Part shown: one piece after another, positions 9,058-18,632 of the stretch | How positions within the stretch are numbered: the stretch's first letter is position 1 | How the letters are laid out: the number at the start of each line of letters is the position of its first letter | NCBI GenBank assembly: GCA_946500265.1 | Contig: CAMMVE010000001.1 | Location: 66,099-129,059, forward strand | DNA length: 62,961 bases | Reading direction: 5' to 3' | From: an uncultured Clostridium sp. | GTDB lineage: Bacteria > Bacillota > Clostridia > TANB77 > CAG-508 | Notes under the pieces: generated by a model | What the model was told of the DNA's origin: nothing | The model's input: only the letters and a program-made list of their open reading frames with translations | The model's database searches: none | Position numbers and translations under genes: made by a program

Positions 9058-10644
9058 ATGAAAACTAATATTATAAAATATATTTTTATTATTTTTGCAA
9101 TTTGTATAATTGGATTTGCTATATATAAAATAAACTCTCAAAATTCACAAAATACAGAAATTAGTGGCGAAAATACTGTTCATACTGTACAAGACACAGA
9201 GTCAGTTTTGAAAATAGGAATTTCAGATTTTGATAATATAAATCCACTTATTACAGAGAATGAAGATATAATTAGTCTTTCAACCATTTTATATGAGCCT
9301 TTACTAACCTTATCAGATACGTATGAAATAGAGTTTGCTTTAGCAGAAGAATGGTCAAAATCAGATAGTACAACATACCTTGTTAAGCTTAGAGAAAATC
9401 TAAAATGGCAAGATGGAAGTAGTGTGACTGGAGAAGATGTTAAATTTACTATAGACACTATAAAAGATGGAAAATCAGTTTACTCAGATAATGTAGCAAA
9501 TATCAAATCAGTAGAAATAATTGAAGGAAATACTATTAGAATCAATTTAAAAAAAGAGGAACCATTTTTTGAATATAATCTAATTTTTCCTATAATTTCG
9601 AAAAGTCAATTTGATGGAGACGATTTTTATAAATCAAGAGAAGCTCCTTTCTCAACAGGAATGTATAAAGTAACATCTGCTACAGAAGAAGAAATAGAAT
9701 TAGAGCAAAATGAAAATTGGTATAATCCAGACAATGTGGAAAGAAAAATAGATAGAGTAGAATTATATTTTTACGACACAATGGGTGATGCATATAACAG
9801 CTTGAAAATAGGAAATATAGATTTAGTAAGTACATCTATTACAAATGTTGAAGATTATATCGGAACAATTGGATTTGTAACCAACAACTATAAAGGAAGA
9901 GAATTAGATTTTGTTTCTTTGAACTGCGAAGATACATTATTGAAAAATGTAGAGGTAAGACAAGCTATTAATTATGCTATAGATAAAAATAAAATTAATT
10001 CAACTGTATTTAGTAACAATTATTATGTATCATCATTTCCAATTGACTATGGTAGTTATTTATATGAAAAAGAAAGCAAATCAAGTTATAATCAAGAAAA
10101 AGCAAAGGAAACGTTGGAAGATGCTGGATGGGAATATAGATATGGCTATTGGAGAAAAACAGAGAACTACTCGACACAGTATTTAAACTTAAGTCTAGTT
10201 GTAGACAACTCAAATGAAACAAGAGTAAAAGTTGCAGAATTAATAGAAGAACAATTGGAAGATATAGGAATTAATGTGTCTTTATATAGGGTATCAAATT
10301 CATCATATCAAAATTATTTGAAAAACAAAAATTATGATATGATAATAACAGGGGTAAACAATGGATACAGCCCAGACTTAACATATTTCTTAGGGGAAGA
10401 TAATTTATCGAATTACCAGAATGAAGAAATAACAGGAATACTTAATGAAGTAAAAAACATCTCAGATAAAGATCTGTTAAAAGAAAAATACAACAGAATA
10501 ATCGAAATTTATGAGAAAGAAGTTCCATATATTTGCTTATATAGAAACACAAATAAATTAGTATATGGAATTAGACTTACAGGAGATATTAAACCTAATA
10601 ATTATACAGCATATACAGATTTCGAGAATTGGTTCAGGCAATAA
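9058..10644 (+). CDS. Family-5 (oligopeptide/nickel-type) ABC substrate-binding protein, no adjacent permeases
   Basis: N-terminal anchor, LRENLKWQDG...TGEDVKFT, VRQAINYAIDK. Confidence 0.85.
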   Translation: MKTNIIKYIFIIFAICIIGFAIYKINSQNSQNTEISGENTVHTVQDTESVLKIGISDFDNINPLITENEDIISLSTILYEPLLTLSDTYEIEFALAEEWSKSDSTTYLVKLRENLKWQDGSSVTGEDVKFTIDTIKDGKSVYSDNVANIKSVEIIEGNTIRINLKKEEPFFEYNLIFPIISKSQFDGDDFYKSREAPFSTGMYKVTSATEEEIELEQNENWYNPDNVERKIDRVELYFYDTMGDAYNSLKIGNIDLVSTSITNVEDYIGTIGFVTNNYKGRELDFVSLNCEDTLLKNVEVRQAINYAIDKNKINSTVFSNNYYVSSFPIDYGSYLYEKESKSSYNQEKAKETLEDAGWEYRYGYWRKTENYSTQYLNLSLVVDNSNETRVKVAELIEEQLEDIGINVSLYRVSNSSYQNYLKNKNYDMIITGVNNGYSPDLTYFLGEDNLSNYQNEEITGILNEVKNISDKDLLKEKYNRIIEIYEKEVPYICLYRNTNKLVYGIRLTGDIKPNNYTAYTDFENWFRQ

Positions 10645-10675
10645 CAAAAAAACAGAAAAAAATTAATAAAATTGC

Positions 10676-10717
10676 TTGACAAATAAAAAATATATTATAT
10701 AATACAAACAGTTGTTT
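10676..10717 (+). promoter_or_regulatory. recA promoter with LexA (SOS) box-like palindrome
   Basis: TTGACA-16-TATAAT (10676-10703) followed by AAAC-AGTT-GTTT (10706-10717), a variant of the Firmicutes GAAC-N4-GTTC/T box. Confidence 0.65.
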
Positions 10718-10768
10718 ATAAAAATAAGTTAAAGGTTATTAAACAATTTATACAAGGAGGAAAAATTA

Positions 10769-11827
10769 ATGAATAATCAAAACCCAGAAAAAATGAAAGC
10801 TCTAGAAGCAGCTTTAGGACAAATTGAAAAACAATTTGGCAAAGGATCTGTAATGAAATTAGGAGATTTTGGTGCAATGGAAGTTGAAGCAATACCAACA
10901 GGTGCACTAAGTCTTGATATAGCTTTAGGAATTGGTGGTATTCCTAGAGGAAGAATTGTAGAAATATATGGACCAGAGTCATCTGGTAAAACAACACTTG
11001 CTCTACATATGATAGCAGAAGCGCAAAAATTAGGAGGAGAAGCAGCTTTTATTGATGCTGAGCATGCTCTAGACCCAGTATATTCAAAACACTTAGGTGT
11101 TGATATTGATAACTTAATAGTATCTCAACCTGATACAGGTGAGCAAGCCTTGGAAATTACTGAAGCATTAGTAAGAAGTGGAGCAATAGATATAATAGTT
11201 GTAGACTCAGTTGCAGCATTAGTACCAAAAGCAGAAATTGATGGTGATATGGGAGATGCTCATGTTGGTTTACAAGCTAGACTTATGTCACAAGCTTTAA
11301 GAAAATTAGCAGGTGTTATTAATAAATCAAAAGCGGTTGTAATATTTATTAACCAATTGAGAGAAAAAGTAGGAGTTATGTTTGGAAACCCAGAAACAAC
11401 AGCTGGTGGTAGAGCTCTTAAATATTATGCATCTGTAAGATTAGATATAAGAAAAATAGAGAATATTAAACAAGATGGAGAAGTAGTAGGAAATAGAGCA
11501 AGAGTTAAAGTTGTTAAAAATAAAGTTGCTCCACCATTTAGAGAAGCTGAGTTTGATATAGTATATGGTAAGGGAATTTCAAAAGAAGGAAATATATTAG
11601 ATATTGCTGTCAACTTAGACATAATTGAAAAATCAGGTTCATGGTTTAGCTATAATGGAGAAAGAATAGGACAAGGAAGAGAAAATGTTAAGAAGTATTT
11701 GGCAGATAATCCAGATGTAGCTAATGAAGTTGAAAAGAAGATAAGAGATAATTTCAATGCGGCATTTGAAAAGAGTTTAGGAGAAGAGGAAGAAGATGAG
11801 GAGCAGGAAACTGAGCCAGAGGAGTAA
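10769..11827 (+). CDS. recA: Recombinase A
   Basis: [44 protein letters not shown]. Confidence 0.99.
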   Translation: MNNQNPEKMKALEAALGQIEKQFGKGSVMKLGDFGAMEVEAIPTGALSLDIALGIGGIPRGRIVEIYGPESSGKTTLALHMIAEAQKLGGEAAFIDAEHALDPVYSKHLGVDIDNLIVSQPDTGEQALEITEALVRSGAIDIIVVDSVAALVPKAEIDGDMGDAHVGLQARLMSQALRKLAGVINKSKAVVIFINQLREKVGVMFGNPETTAGGRALKYYASVRLDIRKIENIKQDGEVVGNRARVKVVKNKVAPPFREAEFDIVYGKGISKEGNILDIAVNLDIIEKSGSWFSYNGERIGQGRENVKKYLADNPDVANEVEKKIRDNFNAAFEKSLGEEEEDEEQETEPEE

Positions 11828-11958
11828 CCATCAATTATAATTACTCTTTAAGCTGATAAATATCTTGTATGCATTTGCAAGATATACGAAGTATTTTCAT
11901 CTTGTGTACTAACTTAAAAGTATTAAAGAGAAATTAAAAAAAATTAAGGAGCAAATAG

Positions 11959-12408
11959 ATGTATTCTATAGAAGAATTTGACCAGTTAAAAACTAAAGTA
12001 CTAAAATATATCATGTACAAAAAAAGAACAGAAAATGAAGTGAAAAGAAAGTTTTCTAATGAAGATAGTGAGCTACTAGAAGATGTAATAGAGCATTTAA
12101 AAGAAATAGGATACATAAATGACAAAAGTTATGTTGAAAGAGCTGTTGCAGAGTTTATGAATTTAAATAATTTATCTCTAAAAGAATTAAAATATAAACT
12201 TCAAGCAAAGGGTGTTGATATAGATGCAATGGAAGATTACATATATAATCACAGTGAAGAGCTTGAAGATTATGAAATAAACTCTGCAAAGAATATTATT
12301 TTAAAAAGACAAAATAGTATGGAAGAGCAAAGCTTAATTCAATATCTATTAAAAAAAGGATATAAAATGGATTCAGTAAAACAGGCTATAGAAATTTTGG
12401 AGGAATAA
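11959..12408 (+). CDS. recX: RecX regulatory protein
   Basis: RTENEVKRK, GYINDKSY, L..KG, YLLKKGY; directly after recA. Confidence 0.85.
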   Translation: MYSIEEFDQLKTKVLKYIMYKKRTENEVKRKFSNEDSELLEDVIEHLKEIGYINDKSYVERAVAEFMNLNNLSLKELKYKLQAKGVDIDAMEDYIYNHSEELEDYEINSAKNIILKRQNSMEEQSLIQYLLKKGYKMDSVKQAIEILEE

Positions 12409-13167
12409 ATGCAGAATATTTTAACATTAGAAACAAATAAATATAATTTAAAACTAGAGAACTTTGAAGGTCCTCTAGATTTGTTATGCCATTTAATAGA
12501 CAAAAATAAAATGGATATATATGATATAAATCTTAGTGAGATAACGGACCAGTATATTGAGTATATAAATAATATGGAAGAGATGAATCTAGAGGTAACT
12601 AGCGAATTTTTAGTTATGGCATCAACTTTACTATATATCAAATCTAAGAATCTACTTCCAAATCAAGTGGAAGATGAAAAAGAACTCACAGAAGAAGAAT
12701 TATTGCATAGAATTATAGAATACAAAAAATATAAAGAAATTACTGCTAGATTTAGAGAAATGTATACAAAAGGCGGAATGACATTTTTTAAAGCTCCTGA
12801 ACAAATTGAATTACCAAAACAGAAATTAGAGGTAGAGTATAACAAAGAAAAAATTTCAGATGCATATGCAGAAATTTTAGAGAAAAGTGCTTTAAGATTA
12901 AACCAAAATGCTAAAAACATAGAAAAAATAGCAATTACAGAAACATATACTGTTGGAGAAAAAGTAAAAGATATGTTTAGGGCATTATTGCATCATAAAA
13001 AATTTGTATTCAACAATTTGTTTTCAAGTAAAAAATGCTCTAAACCAGAAATTGTAACAGCCTTTACAGGATTATTAGAACTTTCAAGAAGAAGTAAAGT
13101 GTTAACATCTCAAGAAGAGCTTTTTGGCAATATAACTGTAGAAAAAAATAGAAGAAAAGATGTTTAA
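12409..13167 (+). CDS. scpA: Segregation and condensation protein A (kleisin)
   Basis: FEGPLDLLCHLI, EFLVMASTLLYIKS, F.GLLEL...Q...FG. Confidence 0.95.
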   Translation: MQNILTLETNKYNLKLENFEGPLDLLCHLIDKNKMDIYDINLSEITDQYIEYINNMEEMNLEVTSEFLVMASTLLYIKSKNLLPNQVEDEKELTEEELLHRIIEYKKYKEITARFREMYTKGGMTFFKAPEQIELPKQKLEVEYNKEKISDAYAEILEKSALRLNQNAKNIEKIAITETYTVGEKVKDMFRALLHHKKFVFNNLFSSKKCSKPEIVTAFTGLLELSRRSKVLTSQEELFGNITVEKNRRKDV

Positions 13168-13218
13168 AAAGTGTAAAAATTGGTAAAACTAATATCAAAT
13201 AACTTTTTAGGAGGTTAT

Positions 13219-13836
13219 ATGGTATTAGTTTTATTATTTTGCGCAATTATTATAGTTATTATGCTTTTAGTAATATTCACTCTAATTTCTACTGTCAAAA
13301 TAAAAATTAATAATCTTAAAATAGAAAATCAAAAAAAGATAAATTCAAAATACGAAATTTCAATTTCTTTAAATTTAATGAATAAATTAAAATGGATTTC
13401 GATTAAATTAAATAAACAAAAAATAAGAAAAATATTTACAAAAATGCACTTGGAAAAGATAGATATAAAAAAATTAGAGAAGGACTTAAAATTTTCAGAT
13501 ATACAAGAACTACTAAAAATCAGACCTAAAATATCTATGTTGAACTTACAGCTGAAAGTTGGTATTCAGGATGTAGTTGCAACTACTTTTGCTATCCCAA
13601 TTATATGCACAGTAATTTCAGTTATTTTACCATATGTTACAGAAAGAAAAAATTTCAAAAATATAAAATATAAAATAGAACCAATATATAATCAATATGC
13701 ATATCATTTGAAATTAGATACTGAAATTGAAGTGAAAATTATAAATGTGTTAAATAGTTTATATAAAATTTATAAATCAAGAAAAAATATGTATAAATTA
13801 AGTAGAATTGGTACATATTATCAATATAAATATTAG
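13219..13836 (+). CDS. YtfI/DUF2953-like membrane-anchored protein
   Basis: N-terminal TM, 'G..D...T' segment, position upstream of ytfJ; RBS AGGAGG before ATG 13219. Confidence 0.65.
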   Translation: MVLVLLFCAIIIVIMLLVIFTLISTVKIKINNLKIENQKKINSKYEISISLNLMNKLKWISIKLNKQKIRKIFTKMHLEKIDIKKLEKDLKFSDIQELLKIRPKISMLNLQLKVGIQDVVATTFAIPIICTVISVILPYVTERKNFKNIKYKIEPIYNQYAYHLKLDTEIEVKIINVLNSLYKIYKSRKNMYKLSRIGTYYQYKY

Positions 13837-13855
13837 AAAAAGGAGAGTTGATAAG

Positions 13856-14503
13856 ATGAGTGAACATCCAATAGAAGGGCTTATGCTTACAGCCATGAAT
13901 AGCATACAAGATATGGTAGATGTAAATACTATTATAGGAGAGCCAATAGAAACAAGCAATAACATGGTAATTATTCCAATTTCAAAAGTTGGGTTTGGAT
14001 TTGCAGCAGGAGGAAGCGAATTTAGAGGAGAGACTTTAGATGAATATACTAAGAAAGAAAAAGAAGAGCAAGTTCAATATAGATTACCATTTGGAGGAGG
14101 TTCAGGTGCAGGAGTAAGTATTTCACCAGTTGCATTTTTAGTGGTAAGTCCAAATAATGTGAAATTGTTACCTGTAAATCATTCTTCAGCATTAGACAAA
14201 CTTATAGACTATGTTCCAGATTTAATGGAAAAAGTTAATTGCTATTTAAACAAAACAATGCAAAACAAAAAGGAAGAAAAGAAAGAGGAAGCAAAAAGGC
14301 TTGATAGGGAGCATAAAGAAGCTAAGGAGACTCTAGATAATTTAACAGAAACAATACAAAACGCTAGTAGAATACGCCCAAGAAGAAGCAAAATGGGCCA
14401 TAATCAAATTACTAATACTCAAGCACCAGTGCCACCAACAGTAGATTATGATTATGAATATGATGAAACAGAGCAAAAGGATAATTTTGACGAAGAAGAA
14501 TAA
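13856..14503 (+). CDS. ytfJ: GerW/YtfJ-family sporulation protein with C-terminal extension
   Basis: HPIEGLM..AM.SI.DMVDVNTIIGEPI, IPISKVGFGFAAGGSEF, PFGGGSGAGVSISPVAFLVV. Confidence 0.92.
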   Translation: MSEHPIEGLMLTAMNSIQDMVDVNTIIGEPIETSNNMVIIPISKVGFGFAAGGSEFRGETLDEYTKKEKEEQVQYRLPFGGGSGAGVSISPVAFLVVSPNNVKLLPVNHSSALDKLIDYVPDLMEKVNCYLNKTMQNKKEEKKEEAKRLDREHKEAKETLDNLTETIQNASRIRPRRSKMGHNQITNTQAPVPPTVDYDYEYDETEQKDNFDEEE

Positions 14504-14527
14504 AATATATATTGGTAGTGGAATTCG

Positions 14528-14551
14528 GGGGACAGATTTAGATCTGTCTCC
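14528..14551. repeat. GGGAC-core element, subfamily C
   Basis: GGGGACAGATTTAGATCTGTCTCC, upstream of the TA promoter. Confidence 0.8.
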
Positions 14552-14591
14552 AGCATTTTACTAAATTTTACAACAAGAGTATGACAATGTA

Positions 14592-14620
14592 TTGACAATA
14601 TAACACAAAAGCAGTATAAT
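14592..14620 (+). promoter_or_regulatory. Sigma-A promoter of TA operon
   Basis: TTGACA-17-TATAAT; TGACAAT repeated at 14582 and 14593. Confidence 0.75.
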
Positions 14621-14643
14621 ATATCATGAAAGAGGTGAATATT

Positions 14644-14913
14644 ATGTCACAAGCTAATTTGAGTGTAAGAATAGATGAAAAAGACAAAAAAAGTTTTGAA
14701 GAGTTTTGTAATGAAACAGGAATGAATGTATCGGTTGCAATTAATATGTTTATAAAAACCGTTCTAAGAGAGCATAAGCTACCATTTGAAATAAAAGTTG
14801 ATCCTTTTTATTCAAAAAATAATATAGAACATCTTGAAAAAATTGTTGAAAATATAAATAATGGAAAAGCAAAACTAGAAGAACACGAAATAGTAGAGGA
14901 AGATGGTGAGTAA
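14644..14913 (+). CDS. RelB/DinJ-family antitoxin
   Basis: RHH N-terminus (LSVRID..DK..FE..C...GMNVSVAINMF...LPFE), DPFYS..N...L; RBS GAGGTG before ATG 14644. Confidence 0.88.
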   Translation: MSQANLSVRIDEKDKKSFEEFCNETGMNVSVAINMFIKTVLREHKLPFEIKVDPFYSKNNIEHLEKIVENINNGKAKLEEHEIVEEDGE

Positions 14914-15171
14914 TTGAAAATCTTATGGGAAGAAAATGCTTGGGATGATTATTGCTACTGGCAAGCTCAAGATAAAAAAACACTTAAAAGAATAAATTTA
15001 CTAATAAAAGATATACAAAGAGATTCTTTTAATGGCTTGGGAAAACCAGAGCCATTAAAAGAAAGTTTGTCCGGATATTGGAGTAGGAGAATTGATGGCG
15101 TAAATAGAATAGTGTATACAATAAAAGATACTTCAATAATAATAATAGCTTGTAGAGGTCATTATAAATAA
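14914..15171 (+). CDS. Txe/YoeB-family toxin (TTG start)
   Basis: AWDDY.YWQ..DKK..KRIN.LI, G.GKPEPLK..LSGYWSRRID..NR.VY, C-terminal GHY. Confidence 0.93.
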   Translation: MKILWEENAWDDYCYWQAQDKKTLKRINLLIKDIQRDSFNGLGKPEPLKESLSGYWSRRIDGVNRIVYTIKDTSIIIIACRGHYK

Positions 15172-15182
15172 GGGGCACGAAA

Positions 15183-15644
15183 ATGAACAAAAAAAGAATG
15201 ATAATTTTGATAGGAATAATAATTGTAATATTAGACCAATTAAGCAAAATGCTCATATTAAATAAAGAAATAACAGTTGTTCCAAATTTTTTAAATTTTA
15301 CATATACACAAAATGTTGGAATGGCTTTTGGAATTGGAAGTAGTATGTTTGCAACAATTACTAATGCAATAGTTATTGTAAGTATACTGATATTTTTAGT
15401 GCTTAAAAGAAAAAAATTAGAGCATATAACTTATTCTAGTTTGATACTAATACTTGCCGGTGGCATAGGCAATTTAATTGATAGAATATTTAGAGGCTAT
15501 GTTATTGATTTTATAGATATAAATCTATTTAATTTTCCAAATTTTAACATAGCGGATATGAGTATTGTTATAGGAGTTATTATTATATTTATAATGATAA
15601 TCAATTCAATTAAAGAAGCAAAAAGTAATTTTTTCTTGATATAA
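15183..15644 (+). CDS. lspA: Lipoprotein signal peptidase II
   Basis: DQLSK, N.GMAFG, GGIGNLIDRIFRGYVIDFI, FNIAD. Confidence 0.95.
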   Translation: MNKKRMIILIGIIIVILDQLSKMLILNKEITVVPNFLNFTYTQNVGMAFGIGSSMFATITNAIVIVSILIFLVLKRKKLEHITYSSLILILAGGIGNLIDRIFRGYVIDFIDINLFNFPNFNIADMSIVIGVIIIFIMIINSIKEAKSNFFLI

Positions 15645-15728
15645 GTGAAGAAAATAAAATAATAAAAAACATATGAAGAAGAAATATTCTTAAGGTAATG
15701 TAAAAACATACTATAATGAATAAATTGC

Positions 15729-15798
15729 AAAACTCTAAAATATATTTGTAATGATATATATTTTAGAGTTTTTTGTTATAGTAATAAAACTCTAAAAA
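15729..15798. repeat. Inverted repeat plus third copy of AAAACTCTAAAA upstream of the carboxypeptidase gene
   Basis: AAAACTCTAAAATATAT...ATATATTTTAGAGTTTT (about 15729-15772) and AAAACTCTAAAA again near 15786-15797. Confidence 0.5.
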
Positions 15799-15815
15799 GA
15801 AATGGAGGTATATTA

Positions 15816-17174
15816 GTGAACAAAAAAATTATAAAAATTGTAAGTTCATTATTGATTATTCTTACTATATTTACTTTTTCAGTAGTATTAGCATCAGATG
15901 ATACAGTATATGTATGGTCATCAGAAGCAGAACCACTATCCACTCAAACTAGTGCCACAACACAAAGCAATACTATTCAAACAAATTCTAATATGTTAAA
16001 AAACGAAATAAACATTTCCGCTCAAAACAATACTGCATCAACAGTTAACAATTCAAGTACAGAAAATACATCTACTTCCAATAGCAATAAAAACACAAAT
16101 AGTTTAAATCTAGAATCTGGTGGAGCAATACTAATTGAGCAGAAAACTGGTCAAATTTTGTATGAACACAATATGCATGAAAAATTAAGACCAGCAAGTG
16201 TTACAAAAGTAATGAGCCTACTACTTATTATGGAAGCATTAGATTCAGGTCAAATTTCACTAACAGATAAAATACCGTGTACAGAAGATGCAGCTGGAAT
16301 GGGAGGCTCACAAATATGGCTAGAAGTTGGAGAAGAACTAACAGTAGATGAGATGTTAAAAGCAATATGCGTTGTGTCAGCAAATGACTGCACTGTAGCA
16401 ATGGCAGATTATTTATGTGGAAGTCAAGAGGCATTTGTACAAAAAATGAATGAGAGAGCAAAAGAATTGGGAATGAATGATACAACATTTAAAAACTGCC
16501 ATGGAATAGATGAAGATGGTCATGTAACATCAGCATACGATATTGCATTAATGTCAAGAGAATTATTAAATAATCATCCAAGTATAATGAATTATACAAC
16601 AATTTGGATGGATACTTTAAGAAATGGCGAATCTGAACTAGTAAATACCAATAAATTAATTAGAAATTATAAAGGAGCAACTGGATTAAAAACAGGTTCG
16701 ACATCTGTTGCATTATATAATCTATCTGCAAGTGCTACAAGAGACGGACTTTCACTAATAGCAGTTATAATGAAAGCTCCAACAACTAAAATACGTTTTG
16801 CAGAAGCACAAAAATTATTGGATTATGGATTTAGCAATTATCAATATAAGCTAATAGCAAGAGGCGGAGATATTTTAAAAGAAGTAGAAGTAAACAAAGG
16901 TGTAACACCAAAACTAAATCTTGTAATAGAAAATGATGTAGGAATTTTAGTAAAAAAAGGCGAAGATAAAAATGTAGAGCAAATAGTTAATATAGATGAA
17001 AATATATCAGCTCCGATAACACAGGGACAGAAATTAGGAGAAATGATATTTACTTTAAATGGGCAAGAAATAGGAAGAAGCAACCTCATAGCAGAAATTA
17101 ATATTGAAAAAAGAACATTTTTCAATATAGCCTTGAATGCATATCAAAGCTGGTTTAATATGCTAAGAACTTAG
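15816..17174 (+). CDS. D-alanyl-D-alanine carboxypeptidase (DacF-like) with Ser/Thr/Asn-rich insert
   Basis: SVTK (SxxK), SAN (SxN), KTG, GGSQIWLE, C-terminal PBP5 domain; GTG start after GGAGG. Confidence 0.92.
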   Translation: MNKKIIKIVSSLLIILTIFTFSVVLASDDTVYVWSSEAEPLSTQTSATTQSNTIQTNSNMLKNEINISAQNNTASTVNNSSTENTSTSNSNKNTNSLNLESGGAILIEQKTGQILYEHNMHEKLRPASVTKVMSLLLIMEALDSGQISLTDKIPCTEDAAGMGGSQIWLEVGEELTVDEMLKAICVVSANDCTVAMADYLCGSQEAFVQKMNERAKELGMNDTTFKNCHGIDEDGHVTSAYDIALMSRELLNNHPSIMNYTTIWMDTLRNGESELVNTNKLIRNYKGATGLKTGSTSVALYNLSASATRDGLSLIAVIMKAPTTKIRFAEAQKLLDYGFSNYQYKLIARGGDILKEVEVNKGVTPKLNLVIENDVGILVKKGEDKNVEQIVNIDENISAPITQGQKLGEMIFTLNGQEIGRSNLIAEINIEKRTFFNIALNAYQSWFNMLRT

Positions 17175-17186
17175 TATAAACGAAAG

Positions 17187-17254
17187 CTTGAACAAAAGGG
17201 ACACTCCTTTTTGTTCAAGTTTTTGAACTTTTAGGAGTGTCCCTTTTGTTCAAG
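17187..17254. repeat. GGGAC-core element, subfamily B (inverted dimer)
   Basis: CTTGAACAAAAGGGACACTCCTTTTTGTTCAAG-TTT-TTGAACTTTTAGGAGTGTCCCTTTTGTTCAAG; reverse complement of 32769-32836. Confidence 0.9.
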
Positions 17255-17340
17255 TTAAATTTTTTCAAAAAACATATACATTTTTTTCTTTATTTGATAT
17301 AATACTATATGATTTTTTAAATAAAGGGGAGGAATAAAAA

Positions 17341-18630
17341 ATGAAGAAAAAAATCTTGAATTTATTTGTAACAACGGTTTCGTGCATTACTGTTTTAACT
17401 TTAACAGGTTGTACTAATCCTATTAAAAAGCAAATGGAGCATAAGGATGCACTGGAGACAGCATCTGAGCAAATGACCAATCTGATGGCAGACGAGGGCT
17501 CGCAATTAAATAGCATATCAGACACAAGTGATAATTTGTTTGATAATGCTGTAAGCTCTGATGATGGTACAATATTTATTAATGATGTGGCTGAATTTGA
17601 TAATGGATTAGCTGTACTTAAAGATGATAAAACTTACATTATTGATGAGAACTTTAACATTCTATGGTCGTATGATGAAAAATACGGAGATGAATATGTT
17701 GATGGTTATGTTAAATTAAATGATGTACCAGAAGAAGGAACCATAACCATATATGACAAAAATGGAAATCAAAAGTTCTCATACAAAAAAACTCAATATC
17801 AAAATGTTACCCTAGGTTCCAATGGATGTTTAATTATTACAGAAAAAAAAGATACATATAATAGCTCAAGCACAACCACTGGTATATATAGCCTGGAAAA
17901 AGGCGAATATATTTTAAAACCTAATGAAGATTATGTTGGAAACATTAGAGATAGAGGAGAGGGAATGTACCAGGTTGATAAGCAATACTTTAACTCTAAA
18001 ACTGAAAAACTTTTCAAATATGGTTCTGGAACCACTCATTTGGTAGAGTATATTGATGGATATGCTGTTACGGCAGGAACGGAGGGCATTACAGTATTTA
18101 CTACAGATGGAAAAATGTATAAAATACCTGAGCCAAATGGTGAAGTTACGGGAGTAAGAGAATACCAAGGTAATCTAGTCTACGACATATATAATAATAA
18201 TATTTTTAATTTATCAAATAAAAAAGTAACTAGTTTAAAAGAATTTGCTAAAACAAATTCAGATTATTGCCCAGTATTTAGCAATGGTTATGCATTAGTC
18301 AGATTTCTAAATGAAGGCAATACACCATATTATACTGTAATAGATTCAACAGGTAAAATGATGTTTGAGCCAGTTAGATTAGAAGACAATAATGGAACAT
18401 ATATTACACTTGTTACTAAAAAAATTGATAGTGGATATTTTATTATAAATGTTGACAATACAGATGTTGTTATGGATATAAATAACAAGGAAATTCTTAG
18501 AGCCGAAGATGGAGAAGAATTTGAAGGAATAACAAATAATCATATAATGGCAAGAAAAGGAAGCCAAAGTTATTATAAAGACATGCAAGGGAATGTAACT
18601 AATATACATCAACAACAAAGTGGAGAATAA
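17341..18630 (+). CDS. Lipoprotein with WG-like beta repeats
   Basis: Lipobox LTGC; repeats FDNGLAV / YIDGYAV / FSNGYALV, Y..ID..G. Confidence 0.75.
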   Translation: MKKKILNLFVTTVSCITVLTLTGCTNPIKKQMEHKDALETASEQMTNLMADEGSQLNSISDTSDNLFDNAVSSDDGTIFINDVAEFDNGLAVLKDDKTYIIDENFNILWSYDEKYGDEYVDGYVKLNDVPEEGTITIYDKNGNQKFSYKKTQYQNVTLGSNGCLIITEKKDTYNSSSTTTGIYSLEKGEYILKPNEDYVGNIRDRGEGMYQVDKQYFNSKTEKLFKYGSGTTHLVEYIDGYAVTAGTEGITVFTTDGKMYKIPEPNGEVTGVREYQGNLVYDIYNNNIFNLSNKKVTSLKEFAKTNSDYCPVFSNGYALVRFLNEGNTPYYTVIDSTGKMMFEPVRLEDNNGTYITLVTKKIDSGYFIINVDNTDVVMDINNKEILRAEDGEEFEGITNNHIMARKGSQSYYKDMQGNVTNIHQQQSGE

Positions 18631-18632
18631 TT

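Noticed and set aside
17187-17254. GAAC/GTTC in subfamily B as LexA boxes
   Set aside because: Spacing is not GAAC-N4-GTTC; these bases are the hairpin arms
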